A stretch of 64,000 nucleotides of DNA, from the NCBI GenBank assembly GCA_963783575.1, contig CAWAOD010000014.1:192001-256000 (forward strand). Reading direction: 5' to 3'. Of the stretch, positions 55,769 to 64,000 are shown one piece after another. The number at the start of each line of letters is the position of its first letter. The first letter of the stretch is position 1. The DNA comes from an uncultured Spirochaetota bacterium (GTDB lineage Bacteria; Spirochaetota; Brevinematia; Brevinematales; JAOACQ01). The position numbers and the translations under genes were made by a program. The notes under the pieces are model-generated. The model was not told the DNA's origin. It did not search any database and saw only the letters and a list, made by a program, of their open reading frames with translations.

Positions 55769-58260
55769 GTGAAAGTTCATGCTGACGAAGTTTTTTCAGC
55801 TGAAGTAATTGAATTTTTAGCAAATGAAATTGAGAAAAACGAAGGCCAGGAAGTATCTTTTGTAGGTTATATAGATAGAAGCGGTTTAGTTTGCGAAACG
55901 GAAACCCTTGTTTACGGCAATGATAATTCGGCTCCTGTTGATCTTATGGAGACACTCCAGGGTGATGTATTGATACATAATCATCCCGGGTCAAACGGCA
56001 ATGATTCCCTTAGGGCTTCGGAAGCTGATATTGGGCTTGCTACGGAGCTTGTTAATAAGAAAATAGGGTTCTATATCATTGATAATCAATGTTCATTTGC
56101 CAATGTTATATTCAAACCGGAAGCCAGGATTTATTTAAAAAATGAAGAAATTAAAAGTATTTTTGAAGATGGCGGAATATTATCACAAGTAATTTCATCA
56201 TTCGAATCAAGAGAAGAACAGATAAACCTGGTTGAAGGTATTTTATCCGCAATAAATGATTCGAAAATTATAATTTCTGAGGCAGGAACCGGCACTGGAA
56301 AATCCTTGGCTTATTTGATCCCTTCGGCAATCTGGGCTATACAAAACAAAAAAAGGGTTGTCGTATCTACCCAGACGATAAATTTACAGCAGCAGATTGC
56401 CGGGAAAGATATGCTTATCGTTCAAAAGGTTCTCAATTCTTACATCAATCAGGATATTCATTATTCGGTTCTAATAGGAAAAGGAAATTATCTCTGCAGA
56501 AAAAAACTGTTTGAAATCATAAAAGATAGGGAAAAACAGAATTCACTTTTTAGCGAAGAAGATGATTTTAAGATTATTTTTGAAATTGAAGAATGGAGCA
56601 GGAATTGCGAAGAAGGGACTCATAGTGAATTCGGATCGTATGTTAAGGATGAAATCTGGGAAGAAGTTTGCTGTGATTCGTATAGCTGCACAAGAAGAAA
56701 ATGTATATATTACGGTGATTGCTTTTATTATAAAGCCAGACTTCAGGCTGAAAAATCAAATGTTATCATAGCCAACCATTCACTGACATTTAGTTCTATT
56801 GATGAAAAAAGCCATAAAAGCACCCTTCCTTTTTTTTCCGGAATTGTTTTTGACGAAGCCCATCATATTGAAGATGTGGCGTTAAAATCGCTTTCAAAAG
56901 AATTTTCCATTCAAAGTCTTTTATACAATATCAGAAAGCTTTATTCGGTTAAAGGCGACAAGTCATTCGGCTTTTTAATTTTATTGGAAAGAAAGGGAAA
57001 TTTCAAGGGCTATACTGATATACAGTATGATTTTGAAGAACTTCTGAAAATATTGAAAGGACTGATTAGGGATCTTACCGATTTTATTTTTGAAGGTGCT
57101 GAGGTATTAAAAAAATATATGAAGGAATCCAATTGTGTCGGTATTGATAATGATTTTACAAAAACCGGTGAATACAAATCAATTCATAACAGATTAACCT
57201 TTCTTTTTACCGAAATAAATCGCTTTACAGCCGGATTTGAATATTTTGCCTCAAGGGTTAAGGAAACATCGGTTCATAAAGAAGTAGTAGATATTATTAC
57301 AACTATTGGATACCGCCTACTTGGCTTGTCGGAAGCCAGGGATGTTTTTGAATTAATTTTTAATACGGAAAATACAATAAATTTTGTTAAATGGATTGAA
57401 GCAACAAAAAAAAATCTTAAATTTTATTATAGCCCTCTAGAAATTGAAGATTTTCTATCTAATTCATTATTTTCCAGGAAAGAATTTACCATCTTTACTT
57501 CAGCCACCCTGATGATTAATAATAGATTTGATTACTTCAACAACAGTATAGGTTTATCACTGGCATCCGGTAAGGATAAATTGGAAATTAGCCTTCCTTC
57601 ACCTTTTGACTACCAGAAACAGGCAGAAATATACATTCTTGAAGAATTTTTGGATCATGGCAGCGTTACAAAAGAAAAAACCGAACTGGTAAAAGAATTA
57701 TCATTGATTAATGAAGGAGGAGTCCTGATATTATTTACTTCATATTACAGGCTGAATGAAATGTATGGATTGCTGAGGGACGACTTAATAATCGAGGGTC
57801 TTATACCGTTAAAACAGGGTGAGTCATCCAGGGACAGCTCCTGGCAAAAATGGCTCTGAACAGTAATGTGGTATTGTTTGCTACATCAAGCTTTTGGGAA
57901 GGAATAGACATTCAGGGGGACAATCTACGATGTGTAATTATTGAAAAGCTCCCCTTCGATTCGCCGGCCGATCCTATTTATAAAGCTAAAGTGGAATTAT
58001 TGGAATCAAAGGGAATAAATACTTTTCTTTCATACAGCATACCCAGGGCAGTGCTTCGTTTAAAGCAGGGCATGGGCAGGCTTATCAGGAGCAAAAACGA
58101 TAAGGGTGTAATTGCAATTATGGATAACCGGATAAAAACAAAGCGTTATGGGCCGATCTTTCTAAATTCATTGCCGCCTGCAAAAATTATAACAGGCAGT
58201 GTAAGACAAATTATCAGAGAATCTGAGACCTTTTTTGTGAACCGTTTCGGCAAGCTTTAA
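55769..58260 (+). pseudogene. dinG: JAB/MPN-domain DinG-family helicase, frameshifted near 57833
   Basis: HNHP..S.AD N-domain; EAGTGTGKS; FeS cysteines; DEAH; FWEGID and QGMGRLIR in the second ORF. Confidence 0.88.
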
Positions 58261-58338
58261 ATTTAATTTATTATAAAATATTTGACAATACAAATGAAAA
58301 CTTTTTATAATTATATTCAATCATTAAAGAGGAAAAAT

Positions 58339-58677
58339 ATGAAAAAAGTTTCAATATTAATATTTGCATTATTCATTTTTGCTGCATTTACTGGTTGTAT
58401 GGATATTATAGTTAAGGCTCCGAAGGGAAAAAATATAAAAATTACTAGCGTTGAACCGAAAAAATACGATGCTCAAAAAATGGTGTTTTATATTCTCTGG
58501 GGATTGGTACCGGTAACTGATAATTCAACTGAAGACCTTTTTACAAGCATCCCCGACGGCAGTACAGTTGCTATTAAAACATCAATGTCTGCCCTGGATT
58601 GGCTTATTACGTTAGTTCTCAGTGAAATTTCGATTACTTCCCACACAGTTGATATATCGGTTATAGATGAAAAATAG
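58339..58677 (+). CDS. Bor/Iss-like small lipoprotein
   Basis: FTGC lipobox; FYILWGLVP motif; GAGG RBS. Confidence 0.6.
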   Translation: MKKVSILIFALFIFAAFTGCMDIIVKAPKGKNIKITSVEPKKYDAQKMVFYILWGLVPVTDNSTEDLFTSIPDGSTVAIKTSMSALDWLITLVLSEISITSHTVDISVIDEK

Positions 58678-58726
58678 AATTGTAGTTTATATTTTTCCGA
58701 TTTCTTAAAAATGACGGCGAGGCTTT

Positions 58727-59575
58727 ATGATTACTAATAAAAAAATTGTATTTATTATTGCTCTGTTTTTTCTGGCTAGCTGCTCAACATTAGTACATAT
58801 AGATACAAAGCCGGAAGGAGCAAAAACGAGAATAAACGGTAGAACCATAGATCAAACTCCTAGTCGTACTTCTTTAAGCGATTTTATATTTAATCAATAT
58901 GATATTGTTATAGAAAAGGATGGCTATTTTCCACTAAGAATAAATTTAGAGAAAGAGTTAAAATTTGGGCCGATTATATGGGGCTTTTTTCTTGGGTATT
59001 GGCCATGGCTCTGGGCTTACGGTCCAAAACCTTATTATTATTTTGAACTAGATGAAATTCAACCCGGAGTAACGCAGGTAAAAAGCGTTCCTGTAATAAT
59101 AGATAAAAATATGAATATTTCAAACTCCGCCAATACAAATCAAACTATAGGAATCTGGAAATCAGCCTCAAAATTAAAAGTGGTTGTATTTGACTTTGAT
59201 TCCTCATATTCGGAATCCGATGGTAAAACGATCGCTGAACTTTTCTCCGTTGAGCTGGTAGACCGCAGGGTTTTTATGGTACTTGACCGTTCTCAAATGA
59301 AAAAAATCATTGATGAACAGAAACTCCAGTTATCGGGGGTTACTGAAGAGGAAAAAAGCATTAAAGTAGGCCAGTTATTAGGTGCCAATAAAATTATAAC
59401 TGGTAGCATATTGAAAATCGGCGGTAATTACTTCATTACGGTTAAGGGTATTGATGTTAATTCAGGAAGCGTTGAAATCAGCGACAGGATAAATAATGAG
59501 ACCGTAAACGGACTGATAAACTCAATTCCGGCTTTAACAGACAGCTTCATCATTAAGGCTCTGGGCAGTAATTAA
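58727..59575 (+). CDS. Lipoprotein with PEGA-like and CsgG/HfaB-like domains
   Basis: LASC lipobox; TKPEGA...TP; VLDRSQM..I.DEQ.LQLSG..GQLLGA..IITGS. Confidence 0.7.
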   Translation: MITNKKIVFIIALFFLASCSTLVHIDTKPEGAKTRINGRTIDQTPSRTSLSDFIFNQYDIVIEKDGYFPLRINLEKELKFGPIIWGFFLGYWPWLWAYGPKPYYYFELDEIQPGVTQVKSVPVIIDKNMNISNSANTNQTIGIWKSASKLKVVVFDFDSSYSESDGKTIAELFSVELVDRRVFMVLDRSQMKKIIDEQKLQLSGVTEEEKSIKVGQLLGANKIITGSILKIGGNYFITVKGIDVNSGSVEISDRINNETVNGLINSIPALTDSFIIKALGSN

Positions 59576-61140
59576 TCGTTTCCCGCGATCAGCCAGCTCC
59601 TGTTCGATTGTATTATTTGTAAACCATTTTTTTCAAGGAAATTCCTTTCCATAGCGCTGTTTTTTAAAATCAGAATTTTATTATTACTCCCATTTAAAAA
59701 ATTTGTATAATTATTAATAACAGCAGGGATTAATCCCTTTTCAACTTCAGCAATGAAGATCTTTGACGGGGCCCATTCAAGAGCGTCAATCCCTCGAATT
59801 AAGCTTAATTTTTTACCGGGGAGATTTTTCAGAATATCCTCAAGATCAATTTCTTCTTTTAAAGCGGACAATGTTGATTTCTTATTCAACAAAAGGCCGG
59901 CTATTGGGGAGAAATTAACGATAATAATCGCAGTCTCAGCAATAATAATAAAACAAATTATAATTTTAATAAAATTTGTCTTTATCAGGTAAAACATATT
60001 CTTTTTGATAAAATCGGTTTTCAGCAAATCGGTTAGATGCCATCCGATAAAAATCGCTATCGGCGGATAGATGGGATCAAGGTACCATTCACATTTTGTC
60101 TTAATTACAAATACGGTTAATAATGGTATCACCATCCAGATAATAAACAGGTAATTTTTGTAAAATGGGTTGATCTGAAATTTAACAAGCGTGACATCTT
60201 TATATCCTCGGGGCAGGCTTCTTGACCCTGATACATCAGATGTTTCACTGCTGAATTTATTTTTATAGAACAAAAATAAAATCAATAATATCGACCAGGG
60301 CAAAAATTTCAATAACAATGGCTCAAGATAAGAAAAATTTGATGATGAATGACCCTCCAGGGCGTTTGTTCCGCGATTAATCAAATCATACGAAAACATT
60401 TTATTGAAAAATACCGCCCCATCCTGAAAATACCTGGCTATTGCCCAGGCGGCAACAGGTAAGATGAAAATTATCAAAGATATTATATATTGGTGAAGTT
60501 TGATTTTTTTAAATTCTTTATAAAACAAAAAATCCGCCAGAATAATGCCGATGATTATAATAAACGCGAAACTTTTAAGTAAAAAAGCCATAGATGCTAT
60601 AAGCAAGACAGGATAGATATATGAATTATTTATCTTCATTTTTTCAAGGAACAACACGGTAAGTAATATTAACAGGGTTAATTGTGCATCCATATCTCCG
60701 GTTCTGGCGGAATGCACTTCTAAAAAAACAAAAGATGTGGATAAGATCAAACCAGACAATACTGCAGTTTGTTTATCAAATTTCCTACCTGCAAGATAAA
60801 CGGTAAGCAGAATGCAGATCAAGGCTGATAGGGCGGATGGAAAACGCAGGGCGAATGAATTGAACCCGAATAATTTGTATGATAACCCGATCAGCCAGAT
60901 ACCAAGCGGCGGCTTTAAATTCCAGTAATCTGTGTTATTCTGATATGTTGTAAGAATCCAATTATTGCTTTTAACCATTTCATAAGCTGTAATTCCATGA
61001 CGGGCTTCATCCCAATCAAGCACAGGCTGGCTTCCAAGATTTATAAATAGGTTGAAAGAAGCAAGAAAAGCTATAATTAAAACATATATTTTGAAATGTT
61101 TTTCAATGTTCTGTAATATTTGATTCTGGTTTGAAATCAT
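59572..61140 (-). CDS. ArnT/PMT-like (GT-C) glycosyltransferase
   Basis: DWDEARH, KPPL, ALRFPSA, many TM helices. Confidence 0.85.
   Translation of the reverse strand: MISNQNQILQNIEKHFKIYVLIIAFLASFNLFINLGSQPVLDWDEARHGITAYEMVKSNNWILTTYQNNTDYWNLKPPLGIWLIGLSYKLFGFNSFALRFPSALSALICILLTVYLAGRKFDKQTAVLSGLILSTSFVFLEVHSARTGDMDAQLTLLILLTVLFLEKMKINNSYIYPVLLIASMAFLLKSFAFIIIIGIILADFLFYKEFKKIKLHQYIISLIIFILPVAAWAIARYFQDGAVFFNKMFSYDLINRGTNALEGHSSSNFSYLEPLLLKFLPWSILLILFLFYKNKFSSETSDVSGSRSLPRGYKDVTLVKFQINPFYKNYLFIIWMVIPLLTVFVIKTKCEWYLDPIYPPIAIFIGWHLTDLLKTDFIKKNMFYLIKTNFIKIIICFIIIAETAIIIVNFSPIAGLLLNKKSTLSALKEEIDLEDILKNLPGKKLSLIRGIDALEWAPSKIFIAEVEKGLIPAVINNYTNFLNGSNNKILILKNSAMERNFLEKNGLQIIQSNRSWLIAGND
60187..60228. 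repeat. REP-like dispersed repeat, copy 3, intragenic and in frame
   Basis: aagcgtgacatctttatatcctcggggcaggcttcttgaccc; minus strand reads GSRSLPRGYKDVTL. Confidence 0.6.
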
Positions 61141-61161
61141 ATTATTTTACCACCGGCGATT

Positions 61162-62103
61162 TTAAAAATTTATTTTTTTATCAATGATATACTCAGGCCT
61201 TTCTTTTACCTCATCAAAAATGCTGCCGATGTATTCTCCCAGAACTCCAATTGTCATCAGTTGAACACCCCCGAAAAAGACAACGCTAATTATTGTTGAT
61301 GCCCATCCAGGAACTGTTTTAATTAAATCTGTAAGCTTGGCAAAAAAGACATAAATCGTTAATCCGAGCCCAACAACAATGCTAATAAAACCAAGCGTCA
61401 TTGCCAATTTCAACGGTTTCTTTGTAAAATATAAAAGACTGCTTGTAGCAAATTTCAGCATTTTTGATAAGGGATATTTTGTTTCCCCGGCGGCTCTTTT
61501 ATCTCTCACATACTGGATTGGCAGTTGTTTGTAGCCGATCCAGCTTATAAGGCCGCGGATATATTTATTTTTTTCCTTCAAACTTTTAAAACTTTCTATT
61601 ACTTTTTTATCGATCAACCGGAAATCACCAGCATCTAGAGGGAGGTTTACTTCGGACAATGAATTTAACGTTCTGTAAAAAACTTTTGCCGTCAATATCT
61701 TGAAAAATCCTTCCCCCTTTCTTTCTTTTCTCACTCCGTAAACGACATTAGCTTGTTCTTCAATGTGCAGTTTTATCATATCCGGGAAAAGTTCGGGCGG
61801 GTCCTGAAGGTCCGCGTCGATTATGATGGCGATATCACCACCGCATGAGTTGATTCCCGCCGAAACTGCGGGCTGATGGCCGAAATTTCTTGAAAAGCTA
61901 ATAATTTTAACATTAATATCATTTCCCGCTATTTCCATTAAATATTCCAGAGTTTTATCCTTACTGCCGTCATTTATGAAGATGATTTCATAACATTTGT
62001 AAGAATTCTCATTAAGAACATTTTTAACCCTGGAGTATGTTTGTTTAATAACAGCCTCTTCATTATAGCAGGGTATTATTATCGATATAATCATATCATC
62101 CAT
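61162..62103 (-). CDS. GT2 polyprenol-phosphate glycosyltransferase (GtrB/YkoT-like)
   Basis: PCYNEE, NDGSKD, FSRNFGHQ, DADLQDPP, GDFRL, two C-terminal TMs. Confidence 0.92.
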   Translation of the reverse strand: MDDMIISIIIPCYNEEAVIKQTYSRVKNVLNENSYKCYEIIFINDGSKDKTLEYLMEIAGNDINVKIISFSRNFGHQPAVSAGINSCGGDIAIIIDADLQDPPELFPDMIKLHIEEQANVVYGVRKERKGEGFFKILTAKVFYRTLNSLSEVNLPLDAGDFRLIDKKVIESFKSLKEKNKYIRGLISWIGYKQLPIQYVRDKRAAGETKYPLSKMLKFATSSLLYFTKKPLKLAMTLGFISIVVGLGLTIYVFFAKLTDLIKTVPGWASTIISVVFFGGVQLMTIGVLGEYIGSIFDEVKERPEYIIDKKINF

Positions 62104-62105
62104 TA

Positions 62106-62621
62106 TTAAGCTCCTTTTCTGAAGGTTATGAATTTATTACCGAGAAAACTGATTGAAGTATAAAAAATCATTCCAAGAATCTGTGCGATGTTTACGTTAA
62201 TTTTCAGATTTTCTTTCAATAATATCAATACTGCAAGCTGAAGTATGTAACAAACCCCAAAAACCGCAATGAACAATATGCTTTCAATTTGAACCGGACC
62301 ATTGCTGTTAAATGTCCAAATTTTATTCCAGAAGAAGCTGTTGATAAAACCAAGAAGATATCCGGTAAAATTTGCAGCCTTATAATTGATATGCAGCAGG
62401 TTCTGCAAAATAAAAATTATTAACAATGTTATGCCTGTATTTAAAAGGCCAACCAATCCGAATTTTACTGCCTGCACCAGAAAATCCCGGCCGACGATTT
62501 TTTTTATAACAGATTTGATATTAAATTTCAGCATAAGATTCATTATTTTCCTTAATAAACTTAACGCTTGCCGGTAAGTGGCGAATATTCTTTTGTCTTT
62601 AACATGACTCCAATAAACCAT
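62106..62621 (-). CDS. GtrA family flippase
   Basis: KFGLVG..NT, SFFWNKIWTF, four TMs; true start probably downstream of 62621. Confidence 0.85.
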   Translation of the reverse strand: MVYWSHVKDKRIFATYRQALSLLRKIMNLMLKFNIKSVIKKIVGRDFLVQAVKFGLVGLLNTGITLLIIFILQNLLHINYKAANFTGYLLGFINSFFWNKIWTFNSNGPVQIESILFIAVFGVCYILQLAVLILLKENLKINVNIAQILGMIFYTSISFLGNKFITFRKGA

Positions 62622-62685
62622 TAATTTTAAAGAAAATAGGAAATTAAATCAATATTATAGTTTTAACGGGATAATACTTTAAAAT

Positions 62686-64000
62686 TTATTTATTCTTTGG
62701 CTGATAAAGGATTTTGTCAATAAAGTGTATCGAATAATCCACTTCGGTTCTGAAATATTCTTTCTTTTCCTGATTTAATAAATGCTTGCTGTACCTGCTT
62801 TCGTTAAAAATAGTGCCCATATCGTTCAAATTTTTTTCCAATTCCGGTATCTTAATGATTATTAAATCAAGGTATTCTTTCGGTCCATAATAATAGTAAT
62901 AAGGCTGGATTTTACGGCTGGCCGCTTCGATAAACCTGATGAATTCCCTGATTATCAATTGAATTTCCTCCATTTTTTCCTCAGATATCTTCTTATAAGA
63001 ACCAAAAAAAGATAAAAAATGTTTTTCAAGTTTTGATTTCTTTCTTTCTTTTTTATCTTTCTTATTTAATAGAATCATTAATATCAGTTCACGCAGGTTG
63101 ATATAAAACTCATTGCAGAAATCAAACAGCCATTTTAACCTGAAATACCGGTTAATAAAAAATTGGATAACCGGATTCTTTTTTTTATAATAGAATATTT
63201 TGAACAATATCCATCCGATGATTCCGAGAATCAGGTAGATAGAGCAGAAACAGGCCAAAATCAATAGAATATAGTAGAAATAAATAAATATGTTATGAAT
63301 CCATGGTAATGAGATGTTCTGCACAATTGAAGGGGGATTATTAATTATTGCCGGAAGCAGGTTTTCATTCTCCAGGGGAATATTCATACCTGAGAATAAT
63401 TTCCCTATCCGTTCAGATAAATATTTTAAATTAATGATTGTAAAATTCCAGGGTATTATGATTGGAATAATTGCGATGATTCCAATAAGTATAAAAATCA
63501 TGCGGTTCCAGTTGGCAAGTAAATTCTGCTTTATTAAAAGGCCGTTCATTCTCCATTTTATATATGAAATCAACTGGTATATTATAAGGTATATCCCGGT
63601 ACCGCTTATAAAGAAAAATATGAAATAAATCGACACAACCAATTTTGAAGAAGGGTTTTTTAAAATGGTAATAAATGACAATGAAAGTAAAAATATAGAA
63701 TAATTAAATAAAACACCTGTTATCCTTTTGATTTCGACTATTTTAGGGCTGTCTCCAACCTTAACAGCTAAATGATGTGAAATTTCATCATCGGAAGTAA
63801 AAATATTTTCTTTTTTCATTAAATTATATATGGAATTAAATTGGATACTCAAATCTTCTGCTATAAAAATCTGGACAGCGGCAATAATAAATGCCAAAAC
63901 TGCCAGGTATTTATCGGCAATTGTTTGAAAAGAACCTCCGCTTAGATTAATTGAAACATATTTAGCGGCAAAAATTATAACCTGCGGAAGAATTATTGAT
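62686..64000 (-). CDS. Polytopic membrane protein with DUF4129-like C-terminus (5'-partial)
   Basis: Frame open to the window end; P.EY..FNESRYS motif. Confidence 0.55.
   Translation of the reverse strand, partial: SIILPQVIIFAAKYVSINLSGGSFQTIADKYLAVLAFIIAAVQIFIAEDLSIQFNSIYNLMKKENIFTSDDEISHHLAVKVGDSPKIVEIKRITGVLFNYSIFLLSLSFITILKNPSSKLVVSIYFIFFFISGTGIYLIIYQLISYIKWRMNGLLIKQNLLANWNRMIFILIGIIAIIPIIIPWNFTIINLKYLSERIGKLFSGMNIPLENENLLPAIINNPPSIVQNISLPWIHNIFIYFYYILLILACFCSIYLILGIIGWILFKIFYYKKKNPVIQFFINRYFRLKWLFDFCNEFYINLRELILMILLNKKDKKERKKSKLEKHFLSFFGSYKKISEEKMEEIQLIIREFIRFIEAASRKIQPYYYYYGPKEYLDLIIIKIPELEKNLNDMGTIFNESRYSKHLLNQEKKEYFRTEVDYSIHFIDKILYQPKNK

Overview
Low-GC bacterial chromosomal window, probably from an anaerobic spirochaete-like organism (inferred from gene content and many lipoproteins). 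It is mostly housekeeping: rnr 3' end, ileS, proS, miaB, purF, glgA, nifJ/PFOR, ftsK, queD-folE2, a GtrA/GT2/ArnT-like cassette and three tRNAs. Highlights: (1) a complete IS1380-family element (2027-5751; terminal IRs, 5-bp CTTTA target duplication) whose transposase is split, exactly between two codons, by an antisense RT-encoding group II intron (2326-4341); (2) a full-length 1049-aa DnaE paralogue with degenerate polymerase and PHP motifs, i.e. a probable pseudo-polymerase; (3) an ORF-less class C group II intron behind a terminator (~38285-38916); (4) a small REP-like repeat family with three copies, one in-frame inside a glycosyltransferase gene and one expanded into a multi-hairpin structure; (5) a JAB/MPN-DinG fusion, a membrane pseudokinase, and three frameshifted genes (surE, a histidine kinase, dinG) that may be assembly errors. 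All calls come from reading motifs by eye; no searches were run.
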